DNA of 62,383 nt, the filler included, from Choristocarpus tenellus KU-1152 (Eukaryota; Protista; Phaeophyceae), in NCBI GenBank assembly GCA_964200185.2. It is 10 parts of 10 records of this genome, joined end to end, with 100 filler letters (N's around TTAATTAATTAA, not from the genome) between each part and the next. Parts side by side here need not be neighbours in the genome. Positions count along the whole stretch, not along the records: positions 1 to 8,193 come from CAXNAD020005019.1; positions 8,294 to 14,648 come from CAXNAD020008319.1; 8 more parts are not named here. One strand, given 5' to 3'. The translations under genes were made by a program, and so were the position numbers. The first letter of the stretch is position 1; every line of letters starts with the position of its first letter. The notes beneath the pieces are model-generated. The model saw nothing but the letters and a program-made list of their open reading frames with translations. It did no database searches and was not told the origin of the DNA. Positions 1 through 12,561 of the stretch are shown here, piece after piece.

Positions 1-77
1 CAAATCACCCAAAAATCGTGACATGAAAAAATTGACCCCAAATGAACAGCCGCCACCCTCTCCAGATACTTTGAGTT
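1..77. mobile_element. MITE family B, partial copy (right end only)
   Basis: Ends ...CCCTCTCCAGATACTTTGAGTT, matching the terminus of full family B copies at 835, 3254, 8297 and 37541; internal AAATCACCCAAAAATCGTGACATGAAAAA is also shared. Confidence 0.8.
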
Positions 78-132
78 CAGTGCTATCCTGCATCACCTCC
101 ACATTAACACTCAAACGCCGCGTAGAAGTAAT

Positions 133-392
133 GCCTGAAAGTATCTTACAGGGTACGGATTTTGCCCTGTTTGTCCATTTGAGGCTTGGCTTACCACGGG
201 ATTTTTTTGACATTTTTTCCTACTCCTAAATGTTTTGGAGTAAACAAAATGTGTATGTTATCAAAAGGTGTGTCCGGAACAAGAATACTGACACTCCCTA
301 ACAAACACGATAGCCAAAATTACTTCAAAATCGCAACATTGAATTTTGGGCCCCAAACGGACCCGGCTTTACCCTCTAAGATACTATGACTC
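133..392. mobile_element. MITE family A (~260 bp)
   Basis: TIRs GCCTGAAAGTATCTTACAGGGTA / TACCCTCTAAGATACTATGACTC; flanked on both sides by TAAT; body similar to copies at 4014, 9741, 15462, 18923, 32012 and 55908. Confidence 0.85.
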
Positions 393-834
393 TAATATCA
401 TGTTCTAGACCTGCAATGTGCAGTTCTGTCTTCCTTCGGATCGTCTCCTCAAAGGATTGCTTCATGTCAAAGCCTAACACCTCCTGTAATGTCTTGCTGC
501 CCACAATTAACGCATCATTGCCTGGTACAACTGTCAAGACAAGTTTTCTCATCACCACAGACCCATAGCCCGAGTGGAGTGCCACGTGTAAGGGAAATGT
601 CACGTTCCTGATGGTCTCAGAGAAGCCATTGCATTCTTCACTGGGAAAGGCTGATGGAGGGGCTTCATCAGCGCTGCTCCACCAAATGGTGCTGCATTTT
701 TTTCACCAGGATCTCCGATATGCCTGTGATCCCTGACCCTGGGTCCATCAGGGCCTTCATACTGAAAGGCGACTTCCCATGCATGTTGACCTCCGCTGAT
801 GTTACATCTGCTGTACCATGGTAGCTTAACCTTT

Positions 835-1018
835 GGCTCAAAGTATCTGGGGGGGGGGGGGTGGCAGCTGTCCATTTTTGGGACAATTTTCTTATGTTGT
901 CATTTCAGGTGATTTGGTTGCATATGTCGGATGGATAACGTAAGTGCACTTTTCCTGGTTATGGTCCAAATGGACACCCTGGTGTAGACCCCCCTCCCCC
1001 CCCCAGATACTTTGGGCC
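835..1018. mobile_element. MITE family B (~180 bp, G-tract TIRs)
   Basis: TIRs GGCTCAAAGTATCTGGGGGG / CCCCAGATACTTTGGGCC; TTT on both flanks. Confidence 0.85.
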
Positions 1019-3253
1019 TTTCCACATCCACCCCTTCCTTAGCCAGGGAGGCATCCTTATGAGTGCACTGGATCTTCCGCAGGCCAGTATGGCCTATATA
1101 AGGATTAATGTTGGGACCTGGGCTTGGCAGCAGCAGAGGCATCCCATGATCCGCATAAACAAACCATCTCATTGACTCTCACTGCCCTACCACTCGGACT
1201 CCCACCACCAGTACCTTGCCGGAACTCGGTAGCAGGCTGTGGAGCTATCCCCTGCTGGCTCCTTGGGCCTTGGGCTGCACTTAGACGGTTTTTTCCTCCC
1301 CCTACACTTGAGGGTTGCTGTTTGGTGTCCCCAGGTTGTTGTCTTTGCCCTTGCCCAGGTCCTCTCCCAGGTTCTGTACCTCTACCACGTTGCTGTGGGT
1401 GCCCCTGCTGCTGATGCTGCTGCTCTTTCCGGACTCCAACCAGCAAGCTTCAGCATTGAGCATGTTTATGCCCAACTTTCCCAAATGCATCGCAAGTCCC
1501 TAGGAACTTGTCCTTCCTCACACTCGATCCTGTACTAGGTGTGCCTCCCCCTGACTTACCCATCATGTCCCCAAACTTAGGCTTCCCCTCTTGGTGTTTG
1601 CCACCAGGTTCGCCTTGGTTGGCTCAATTCGTTTTGTATTCCTGGGCCCTCTCATAAGTCCTTCATTTTCGGCTTGCTCCTTTACGAGCTCAGAGATCTA
1701 GTCTGGATGCTTTCTGAGGTCAGGGTCCCATCCTATACATGGAAATTTCGATATTAAACAGAGGGGGTTTGAGCCCTGCAATAAAGGCCTCCGAGAGTAC
1801 CTTCCCTGACCCTGCCTTTCAAGCCTCCCCTACTTGTCCAGCATTCCGTCGGAAAGTGGAATCCAGAATATTATCTTTGAGATAGCCCTCGATGTCCAGG
1901 ATCACTCCCATGGCCCGATCAGCGGCGGACCCTTCATTTCCTGTCCGGGCCACCCTCTACAAATCTCTTTGGATTTGCCCAATGTCGAAGGTTCGGTCTT
2001 TGTCATCAACTCGCACCACCTTCTTGAGCGCTTTTAGGAGTTGTTCCTCTGTCGCTGCAGCCCAATTGTTTTTAGTTCGCCCCTCACCAGTACTCATCTC
2101 TGAGCAACGGTTAGGGACTCTGACAGCGTCATAAGTGCAATTTGCACACCTCTTTTGAGTGCTGTGCCCTAACATTCATCTAGTATTCACGTCAAGCTGT
2201 CAGAAACTCCCTCACCTCCTTCTCTGCCAGTCTCTCAACCTGTGGAGGTTGAATATGCTGAGTAATCCGCAGCCTAGACCAATCAGTCTCACGCAAGCCC
2301 CCCCAGGCTGCGCCAGGTCCATCTCCGTCGCTCCTCGACATATTGAACCCCTTCAATCTAATCGCTCAGCTGGTTTCTTCCTGGTTGCATGCACTCGAAG
2401 CTCCAGCAAGCCCCCGCGATCATCTGTTGGCCTTCCCCAGCCAATTCTAGAGCCACACTCAATCCTATCATCAGGCCTTGATAATCCAATTGAATTATAG
2501 ACAATTCAACCACAGGAACTGGTCTATGATGGCTTGTAAGGACTCCACCCCACGTTGGGGCTAACAGCTCTGTATTTTGTATAAGGAGTGAGCATAGGTC
2601 CTGTCAAGGACCACATATGGTACAAACACCGATATTGCAAATGCGTCGGCTATATTATGAAACCTCTCCATGCTGTGTCTACAGTCCTCTTCCACAATTG
2701 CTCAAGTCCATGACTGTGCCAAATGTCATGAACCCACCAACCTGCACGGTCACAACCCTACCCCCACCAATTACGTCAGTGCTGTCAACCACAAACCCTA
2801 TCATGAGCACGTTTCTCATTCGGACTTTTTCCAACTCCAACGAGAGACCCAACATATTGGGACAGAAGTGAATCGTCATTGAGCAGGGAAGCAACCCTAA
2901 CCGAGTCCTCAGCTTGACCGTCTACAAGAACATTTATGACACCTTGTCCGGCTGGTTTTTCAGCGTTTACCTCATTATGCAGAGTCAACAGCTATGCCCT
3001 ATCACCATCTTGACATACAGAATATATTTCACAAAATAGTTAGTGCCAGTACCCTGGTTGCCAGGCAACGACTCATCATGGTTACTTGACCCACTAATGC
3101 CTAGATAACCCAGATGGTAGTCATAGGTCATTCTAGCATCATAGGTAAAGAGATCGTAGACATCAGGGCCGTGAGGATAGACGGCCTGTTGCTGGTTCTC
3201 TCCTCGGCCCTAGGGACGCCCAGATGGATTTGACTCCTGTCGTTTGGGAATGA

Positions 3254-3432
3254 GGGTCAAAGTATCTGGGGGGGGGGGGGTTCTACCCCAGGGTGTCCAT
3301 TTGGGCCCTGACCAGGAGAAGTGCAATTACATTATCCATCCGACATATGCAACCAAATCACACAAAGATCACGACATGGAAAAATGAGCTCTGAATGGAC
3401 AGCTACCACCTCCCCCCCAGATACTTTGAGTC
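3254..3432. mobile_element. MITE family B
   Basis: TIRs GGGTCAAAGTATCTGGGG / CCCCAGATACTTTGAGTC; 3-bp TSD TGA. Confidence 0.85.
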
Positions 3433-3659
3433 TGAGCATGGTTTAGTTAACCCCATCGTATGGAAGGGCAAGCATCAGGAGTTGACATCAGTCACACCAC
3501 TTGCTCCTCTGGCATTGTTTATTGCCTGTCCTTCTGTTACCAAGCATTTTCCTTTGCCCTTGGTTCAACCAAGGTCGTACGATAAAAGTCAAAATTGGTT
3601 CAATAATATCTCTTGTGCAGATACCTATCTACTCCAAACTTGTATCGTTTTCATCACGG

Positions 3660-4010
3660 GGGGTTTGTGTATCCGGCATCGTTGAAGAACAAGAAGTAAA
3701 TAACTTTACCATTGACACAACATGTGATGTGCCATGTATTTCAGAGGTATTTGTAGCAATCACGCTCAATTCAGACGTTTCGATGTGCATCGTGTTCCAC
3801 CTGGTGCAATAAATCGACCAACTGCTAATGGTTCACCACTGCAAATTCGTGGATATATTTGTTGTGCACTTACAATTGGTGACACGACTTTACCTGTCCA
3901 AGCCTTAGTGATTCCCCAAACTTAGTCCCGATAAAATATTGTGTGACAAGAGTGTCACGCAGGCCTTCGGTGCGTTCCTTGATTGGCAAGAATGCACGCC
4001 TCTTGTTGCA
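3660..4010 (+). pseudogene. Ty3/Gypsy aspartic protease remnant
   Basis: Frameshifted FTIDTTCDVPCISEVF...VPPGAINRPTANGSPLQIRGYICCALTIGDTTLPVQALV aligns by eye with the protease at 18379-18822 (LTLDTASDTPCISHKF...IPAGAINLCSADGSALTILDFIRFSLQLGDITIPVEALV). Confidence 0.75.
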
Positions 4011-4013
4011 GAA

Positions 4014-4272
4014 GAGTGAAAGTATCTTAGAGGGTACGAGTTTTGCCCTTTTTGTCCATTTGGGGCTTCGCTTCCCATGTTTTTTTTTATGACATTTTCC
4101 TACTCCGAAATGTTTCAGAGTAGGTAAGATGTATACGTTATGAAAAGGTGTGTTCGGAACAAGGGTATTGACACTTCCTAGCAAACACAATAACCGAAAA
4201 TACATCGAAATTGCAGCATTGGATTTTGGCCCCCAAATGGACGCGGCTCTACCCTCTAAGATACTTTGGCTC
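4014..4272. mobile_element. MITE family A
   Basis: TIRs GAGTGAAAGTATCTTAGAGGGTA / TACCCTCTAAGATACTTTGGCTC; no matching TSD, and it sits at a junction between unrelated remnants. Confidence 0.85.
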
Positions 4273-4658
4273 ACTCGTACCCGGTATATTTTCCCCCCTG
4301 CTTGATGATTGAACGGTAGTCCTATCTGAGAACAATGTGATCCGACCGTACTCTCCAGATTCACTTTGCAGTTACCATGCCTAGATGTCTGATATACAAA
4401 GTTAGAGATCCCTCCAGCGTGGAGTAATGTCTTAACTATGTATGTATATACATGTGCGATATGTTTTTTTATGCTTCAACAATATCATCTCATCCGGCCG
4501 TCCCCGCGCTGCTGCAGTAGTTACCACGCGTAAATATCTACAGAATATGTGATCCGCTGCTGGCATACGATCCCTCTTGGATTCCATCCCCCATCCCTCG
4601 TATCCACCTCCAACACATCTCCCATCCATTTGTATACATACATGCGCTACTACAACAG

Positions 4659-7600
4659 GAACGGCACGAATAAAGATAAGGACATGGCTCCAAAGCGAGA
4701 CCTGGTGATATCCTGGATAGACTACTGGTCTGATACATACGGGCAGTTCATGCCTCACAAGTCCACAATTGTGATCTACGCCGCGAACAAACAGGTAGGT
4801 TTTGCCCTTGGTTATGGAGAGGTTGGCCGCACCCTGTGTTGGAGTTAGATGCAAACCGTGTGACCCAGCAGTACGTAGAAAAGGTGGATCTAAGTAGTAT
4901 TTTGTGATGGTGGATGTTCTTTACTTTGACCGGTCTGATATTATGGTTAAAATAATATGTCAAGATTCGTACCAAGGGCTATTTTTTTCGTTTGCTATGT
5001 CGAGATTACAATGTTCTTGATGATACTCTTCGTCGCTTTTACGAAGGAAGACACAATAACTGTTATTTCAACGCCGTGTACACCTAATCTGCGACCCCGG
5101 GCCCAGTCTGACATTGGTAGGAAAAGTGTGTACTTTGTATGTCTAAAGCGCTTCACGATGATGATGATGATGATGGTAGATTCGCCTCCTTTGCCGCTTC
5201 TGCAAACGGCAGCGAGGCCGAACAGACGCTCATGGCAGATTTACGAAGATCGTTGTATTTTCTCTTTCGTAACGCACGATGTAAACTTGCTTGATCCTGT
5301 CTTCCGCGTTCTCAGTCAAGTTATTGGTAAGCCCGCCTTCGAGAGATGTTGCAGGGGTCTTCTTCGAGTGTTCCTTCTCAATAACTCCTCACTTGCCCAC
5401 ACAACCAACATTTTTAATTAGGAGCTATACAAGGATTTTTGCAAAGAAGCAATATGGGTATATCCTGATGACAGTTCCAAGCGGGTAAGCAGGGCGCATT
5501 TCCTCCAATTGCTCAGAGAGGACAGGCCCAACATCAGGGTGAGGGTAGGAGGCGAGTTTATGAAATGTGACATATGTGTCACGTTAAAAGAGAAGCAGCA
5601 CGGTACACCTGGCGTAAAACCCACGAACGACTCCACCGTCCTCGAGTCCATCGATAAGGAGCTGTCAGACCATCGAGAGGTAGGTGTCCAGCGTTAATTT
5701 TGCAACAAGGGTACAGTGGCAACATGTCGCCGTCATTGCCCTCCATTTTCAAGAACATCTGTTTCCTTTTGCGAATGAAGACTCCCACGCAGGTGCTTAT
5801 GGCAGCAGCAGCAGCCTCACTCACCGCAAAAATGTTGTTTTTCGCTGCCCAAACACCTTGTATCATAGACTGCTTCCTGGTCGTCTACAACTGGCTGTGG
5901 GACAGGTGATGTAGCGGTCTTCCGGCCCTGTACGTACGTACTTCTAACCATCCCGAGAACACTGTGTTTGTCTTGAACGCAGCAATAAAAAACATATCCA
6001 AAGACAAACATTTATTGTTACCTACACTCCATTTTTGTTACTAACCTCATACGTGTTAACAAGTGGCCATTTTTTTTAACTCCGAGCAGACTTATTTGAT
6101 TTACAGACGTGATGTTGCCCTCCCCCATTCGCCAGATTATTCAAGCGGATCGGCTGGTCATCACCAACAGCACCAGCAGCGCCATGTGGGCCAAAGCCGA
6201 AGGCAAACCTCTCGGCTTCATGTTCATGTCCGTAGACGCCGCAAACCAGACAGTACACGCCCTCCCAGCACTTTACCCACCTACCCACGGCGGTGACAGG
6301 TAACCACACGCACGCATAGTCCACCCGACAACAACTTTGCAGCCGCACGCGGAACAGAATAGACGACTGTGTTTTATTCTGAATGAGTGCAAAGTCCCAA
6401 GATAAATTCGCCAAAACAGAGGCACATAATTCCACTACCTATTCCGTTCATCATGATGACGACGCACCGTAGAACCTTTCTTTACACGTTTCTTTGGTTC
6501 ATGTCCTTCTTCTCAGGGGCTACTCTGAGCGCCAGAAGATCATGGCCACACACGTCGAAGGCCAGTTTGCGGAGGTGTTCTTCACTCCTATCAATCTTGG
6601 AGGAGGTGAGTATTGTGGGTCGTGGCAAACAATCACATGACTGAATAGATGCTGGTTGCGCACGCACCACTTGATTTACTGTCGTGCCGAGTGGGCCTGC
6701 CGTGGGTTAGATACAGGAGGACGAGTATATCCTTACACGATGTGCCTACAGATACTGCAGGCCTAGTGAACAGTCGATTAACTGATGATGCGCTGTGCTT
6801 CCCTGCCCTCCTACGCTCAGCTTAGGGTTAGGGTGAGAAGAGCGTAAGAGCTAATTAACGAGGAGGAAAACCCACAGACATGTATATCAGCCATTCGGGT
6901 GTATGTGCTCTACATTGCAAAAACAAATTCCATTACCCCTCTTTTTAGCTCCAAATAAACAATACGTAAGTAAGCAGAGTACTATTTGCCAACTAATGAC
7001 GGACATCATCGTTCGCGCAGGTTGTAACCTTGTCTGCACAGCCACCCACCTTGCCCTCACAAGGCTTATTGACAAGCACCACAACAGCCTCGATCACACG
7101 GGGAGTTGCATCATCCAGCACGCCCATTGGCAGGTAAGAAAGTTTCATCTTGACACGACCTACTCAACACATACTACTCGCCGAATACTGGTCACCATGT
7201 AATTAACTGCACGGTCTTTAGTTTTGGTCTGTGTGTTGCAACCTGCATGTATGATGGCGGTGATGTAGAGCTTGCGCTCTAGCAGTACTGGAAACATAAC
7301 CTGTTCCTCCACGAAACGCGGCGAAATGGGCTGACATATTGGCCTCACGCCTATCCCTCCCTCGCTCCCAACTCCCCAAACTGGCCAGGTCGACAACTGC
7401 GTCCAAAGAACAAGAACAATTTATTTCTCGGATATGCGGGGCTGTTGGTCGCGGCGAGTGTCATTCGTGTGGTCGAGATACATTTTATGATGGTACGGCA
7501 CACGCACATCAAAATCGATCAGGTCTTCTCCAGGTAATTAGGCAAGATATGCAAGTTCGATGGCCACATAGTGTTTTGATACGGACAGATACTGCCTTGA

Positions 7601-8193
7601 GGCTTGCAGCTCACGCTTGTTGCATCCATGGAAGGTTTATGGTCATACATTGTAATTGATTGATTGGCTTTTGATTCCCCGCAACAAAATTGAACGATAA
7701 GAGCAGCTGCCAAAACTATTTCGTAATCTACTCTCGAAACAAAACATAACAAAAATGTACGCATCACCCCAATTTATATCTATACTTCCATATACATGCA
7801 TCGAAGCATGTGCCTGCATATATATATATCTTGCTTCTCCGCTTCGTTTCTTTCGCCCCCACCTCAAAATTAACTTGCTTGCATTTCACCTTCAGGTTCT
7901 CACGTAGTATAAAAGGGAAGAATATATTCACAAGAACACAGCTGGGTGAAGAGCTGCAGGCCTCTTACACAAAGGTTCCAGTATACTACAAGACCCTACG
8001 GAACGAGGGAAACTTCGAGGGACTCCTTCGCGGTAGCGTCAAACGTGTCCCCAATATCACGAGCTACAGGGCTTTTCACGTTGAAAAAGGCGGTGATGGG
8101 CGGGTTAAGGTTAGCGTAAAGTGATACATGCACAGCACCGAATGGAGTGGGATAGGCGGAGACCTTGCTATGGACCCCAACGCCCCTCCGCAC
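4659..8193 (+). pseudogene. Intron-rich DDD-type transposase-like gene (Sola-like / DUF7869-type), inactivated, cut by the contig end
   Basis: Inferred GT-AG exons ~4659-4794, 5422-5680, ~6106-6299, ~6517-6605, 7021-7132, 7389-7533 and ~7896-8193. They encode WIDYW..YGQFMPH; ELYKDFC...VSRAHFLQLLREDRPNIRV...FMKCDIC; FMSVDAANQTVHALP; GCNLVCTATHLAL; VDNCV.(fs)NKNNLFLGYAGLLV...IHFMMVRHTHIKIDQVFSR; FSRSIKGKNIFT...YRAFHV. There is a 1-nt frameshift near 7408 and an in-frame TGA at 8122-8124. Confidence 0.7.
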
Positions 8194-8293
8194 NNNNNNN
8201 NNNNNNNNNNNNNNNNNNNNNNNNNNNNNNNNNNNNNTTAATTAATTAANNNNNNNNNNNNNNNNNNNNNNNNNNNNNNNNNNNNNNNNNNNN
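8194..8293. other. Artificial contig-joining spacer (44N-TTAATTAATTAA-44N); same spacer at 14649-14748, 17955-18054, 23892-23991, 32574-32673, 36891-36990, 47207-47306, 49831-49930, 55353-55452
   Basis: Nine identical 100-bp blocks; TTAATTAATTAA places stop codons in all six frames. Confidence 0.95.
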
Positions 8294-8296
8294 TAT

Positions 8297-8472
8297 GACC
8301 CAAAGGATCGGGGGGGGGGGGGGGGGTCTACACCAGGGTTCCATCCGGCCCAAAACCAGGAAAAGTGCACTTACATTATCCATTCGATGTATGCAACCAA
8401 ATCATCCCAAAATCGCGACATAAAAAATTGGCTCCAAATGGACAGCCGCCACCCCCCCAGATACTTTGGCTC
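8297..8472. mobile_element. MITE family B
   Basis: TIRs GACCCAAAGGATCGGGGG / CCCCCAGATACTTTGGCTC; 3-bp TSD TAT. Confidence 0.85.
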
Positions 8473-9107
8473 TATTCTCCTGGATGGAACGTTTCCAAAT
8501 TTTCCTGCTTGTAAATATTCCCTCTTTGTGCTAAACTAAGTTTGAACACGTTGATGTGGGGGAGTCCTTCTTTTTAGTAGACTTGTAGATTTTTTATTTA
8601 TTTCTGATAAGTATAATGTTGACTTAGTTTATTTACTATAGCTGTCTCAGATTCTAGTCCATTGTTAATTCTGCCTATTTTTTTTTTGTCGTTAAACAGG
8701 CGATTGTTGACCACGGATTTGTTAAGGCTAAGTCGGGTACAAAGGCCAAACCTATTGTGATCAATAGTTATTCCTTAGATGTCCACAATGCTATTTTTGA
8801 GGAGTGCTTTGAGGGCTAGGAGATCTAGAGACAGACGTTACAGATGGAAGATGTCAGGATCGTAATGAGAAGGGCTGTGTTGCCCTATGATATCGATGTG
8901 TAGGACTAGAGTGATGATTTCTCACCAACACAAAACCTTTGAACATGCTGGTAGCGGCCAACCCGAAGCTTAAGAGTTAAGTGGAAGACGAAAGACGGAT
9001 ACAATTTTTAAAGTTTTGAAAACGTGACGAAGGTCTTCCCTTGAACTGAGTTCATGCTGACTACATTCAACTCAGAGTCAAAGTATTTTACACCCAAAGA
9101 CAGGTGA

Positions 9108-9275
9108 GAATGAAAGTACCTTAGAGGGCAGGAGTTTTGCCCTGTTTGTCCGTTTGGGGCATGATTTCTCACGTTTTTTTGTGATATTTTTCTACACCGA
9201 AACAGTTCGGAATAGGTAAAATGTGAATGTTAGGAAGTGCCAATATCCTTTTTCCGGACACACCTTTTCATAACA
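9108..9275. mobile_element. MITE family A, truncated/rearranged copy
   Basis: Starts GAATGAAAGTACCTTAGAGGGCAGGAGTTTTGCCCTGTTTGTCCG; the right TIR is missing. Confidence 0.7.
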
Positions 9276-9740
9276 TATTCTCTTGGCTTTCCATCACGAT
9301 GAAATTCTTGCCATTACATCTTTGGTGACTAGGAATGAGGAAATAGTAGGAGCGAGGAAGGTGGGTTTCTTGTGTATGTTAGGTCGTTTTCGGATTTTAA
9401 AAACGAATGGTTCTCACGACCACTGATTTTTCAAAATACTCTATTGTTGAGACGTTTCTTGTTCAAAGCAAGCGCTTTAATATCCTTTGGGAGATGGATA
9501 TTGAACTGATCAAGCTGTTGGTCTTCTTGACAATTCCAAGCCTTATTTTCCTAAACGAGAAGACAAGTGTGGAGGACATTATGAAGGGTTTGACTTGGGG
9601 TGTCTAGTGACTCAGGTCATATCAGGGGACGCCCTTTACAAGTCTGAGAATGGTAGATTGCTTGTTACGTACGTTTATCAGTGCCCGTTTGAGAACCAAT
9701 AATATTTTGAACTCTAAAACGATCCCACGTACCTATGTTG

Positions 9741-10026
9741 GAGTCAAATTATCTTAGAGGGTAGAGTCGTGTCCGTTCGGGGGCCAAAATCCATTGTTGC
9801 GATTTTGATGCAATTTTGGCTATCGTGTTTTTTAGGAAGTGTCAGTATCCTTGTTCCGGGCACACCTTTTAATAGTTTTATACATTATATACCTACTCCG
9901 AAACGTACTCATTTTACCTACTCCGAAACATTTCGTAGTAGGAAAATGTAATAAAAAACCTGCGGGAAGACAAGCCCCAGACGATCAAACAGGGAAAAAC
10001 TCGTACCCTCTAAGATACTTCAACTC
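9741..10026. mobile_element. MITE family A (reverse orientation)
   Basis: TIRs GAGTCAAATTATCTTAGAGGGTA / TACCCTCTAAGATACTTCAACTC; TSD TTG; small internal duplication of TACCTACTCCGAAAC. Confidence 0.85.
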
Positions 10027-12561
10027 TTGTACGATTTTTAGAGTACAAAGGCATTTTGGGCGAGCGAGTATGTCATGATACTCTTTCAAACTGCGTCAAA
10101 CACACACATAATCACACTCGAACATTGTTCGTAAGCGGACACCATAAGGAAGGAGATGAGTAAGGAAGGTGTGTCCAAATGAAGGAGATTGATATTTGCT
10201 CACTCACATGTTTGCCTAAATTACACCATAATCAAAAATTGAAAAGTGACCATGCAAGGGCGCCCTGCCCGATGATATGCCTCAATTTTCCGTACTTTCT
10301 GCATTAGATGAAACTTGACTTTGGGAACCTGTTATTCAGAAAAGAAGTCTGAGAAATTAAGTCAGAAGTGAATATTGCAAGGTATACTGGAGATGAATAG
10401 GAACTAATACTGTGTATAATCTTCAACCTCCTACTCTGACAAAAGTAGACACCATGACCGGACAGAAGATGAGGAACTTTTTTCAGCAGCAGTCCTACAA
10501 TTTATGAGTGCTGACTCTGACAAGGATGGACTTCCCTGGGGGTATAATTTTTGTCTCCTCCTTCAGCTTTTGCTCTTCATCAGCTGTGGGGTTGACGGAG
10601 TAAGGATTGACAGCCATGAATTACTTTCTTTCCACCAATACAGAATTGTGCCTACATATCACAGTAATGTTTTATCGATTAACGATGTATCACCACAGAC
10701 TGGTGGTCACAGTGCCCTGTTCACCACAGCAAAGTACAAGGAGAACCAAAGAGCCACATCGGGCCATATCTCCTCTGTCTTATTTCACAAGCAATCCCTC
10801 TTCCAAACCAAGAACAGTTCTTGATAGTATTCACAATTTCCATTTGTGATCACCGGTGCGATGACTCGATAATCTAACTAAATGCACCCCCAAATCAAGC
10901 TGAGCTCGCTACTCACTGCAGTGGTAGTAAAAGTCCTGAACATTAAAAGACCTTCTCAGAAATCTAAGCGTGGGTGTCCAACAAGGACAGGTGGGGAGGG
11001 AGGTAACCTGCAAGGCTGACTTGGCGGAGGTGGCACTGGAAGCCTCGTAGGCTTGCCAATCCCTCCCACCACCACCAACAGCGTCACTGAAACTGAGGTT
11101 CAAAAGTAACTGAGAGAGGATGTGTGTATTGTCCGTTTGATTTGGATGGGGTGCGTTTTAACCTTGAAATGTGACGAAGAGTATAATAAAAAAGTGTCAA
11201 TAAGGAGAACTTGTTTCTGTGAACTGATTGTACTCATAACATAGTCAAAATACACTCCACGTATGTAAACCGTGTGATCGTAAAACATGTACAACCACCA
11301 GAAAGCCAAAGGGGCCCTTTAAAACTCAGTCGTACTCCCCCATTGGTTGCAATTGACTCTCAGGAGTGGCGCTACTCCAAGAAGAGCAGGAGGGCATATA
11401 GTTGAGGCCCTATTGTGGGACTTAAGGGATGACCAAACCCAGTGAAAGATGGGCTTTCGTGTTGGAAGTGCAATTGAAGTGAACGTGTTGAGAATGGGGT
11501 TGATGGTCAGAAGAAGGCAGCAAAACACAGGGTTATGATTAGTTTGGAGGTGTGAGGTTTGCATTCCTCGCCCATTTGCTACATTGATGTAAATGTACAT
11601 TTTTTCGAGTAGGTAGGAGAGATGAGGGGCTGAAAAACAAGAAATGCCTCAAGGCTTGTTGTGAAGGACACATTTATACTGTTAATCTTGACTGACTGAC
11701 TGATGCGTCCCATATCTCTTCGCTTCTCTCTCTCCGCCATCAACTAATTAATACGGTGTACATCACAATAGCTTTTGACCGTTTTCCATTTATTTGAAGT
11801 TTATTTTTCAATCTTTCACATTCACCCGTATTTATATTTCTGTGAAGTTCTAAGTTTTTCGAGAGCGTTTAGTTCTCGATTGCTTGAAACTGTTCAGACA
11901 CGTTTCAGAAAATATCCTATACACAGTTAGTTGTAAAAAAGTCGAATTTTAAAGATAGTTGTCAGCATCCTTAAAATGTAACTGTGGGGTACCTCTCGTA
12001 TTCTTTGACTCAGTAGTGCCTACACATAACATCATGCGTTGATTGCGATTAAATATTGTCATGGCACATGAATAATACCACTGGCTAAAACAGAAGCAAG
12101 TAGTTCCATAGCACACAGAAAAGCATATCTGAAACATGATTTATTTTGTAGAACGTACTTCATCGCGACATATTGAACTGGATCCCCAGTTTCACTCAAC
12201 TTTCTTGCTTCTTGACGCAGGATTTATTTGATGTACAGAAAGATGATGGTATAAGTTAGTGCAGTAGGATCTTAACTGTCCTGTCCATAAAACAACCCCT
12301 ATATGATAGACCGCTTACAAAAGTTTGTATGGAGGATAGAGAGGTAGAAGAATGCACTTCCAAAGTAGTTTTCCAGACAGAAAGTATTTGTATTTTACTC
12401 TAAATACGTGGAAATTCTACTAAAAACAAATCGTCGCGCAGGTCTGCTTGCGCGTGCTTCAGAAGAGATGTCGCGCGCTCAAAAGCCGTTTTGTTTTTCG
12501 TTTGGTTCGTTCCGCATCCAACACACTCCACACTCCATCAAGGTGTCTACTCCCTTTTTAG

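Larger units (their letters stand above)
78..2260 (-). mobile_element. Degenerate LTR-retrotransposon (Ty3/Gypsy-like) gag-protease remnant, interrupted by two MITEs
   Basis: Minus-strand ORF fragments: helical gag-like segment (WAAATEEQLLKALKKVVRVDDKD), a Q/G-rich linker, then a retropepsin-like segment MKALMDPGSGITGIS...LVLTVVPGNDALIVGSKTLQEVLGFD. Multiple stops and frameshifts. The frame is restored when the MITEs at 133-392 and 835-1018 are removed. Confidence 0.55.

Noticed and set aside
23-389. Recurring short peptides such as ESILEG...PTPKCFGV and PPPRYFE in many ORFs
   Set aside because: They are translations of non-coding MITE families A and B, not a gene family.
4014-8193. Idea that the Sola-like transposase mobilises the GAG...CTC-ended MITEs
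   Set aside because: Sola elements make 4-bp TSDs, whereas most clean MITE copies here show 3 bp. Only two copies read as 4 bp, so the link is unsupported, though not excluded.
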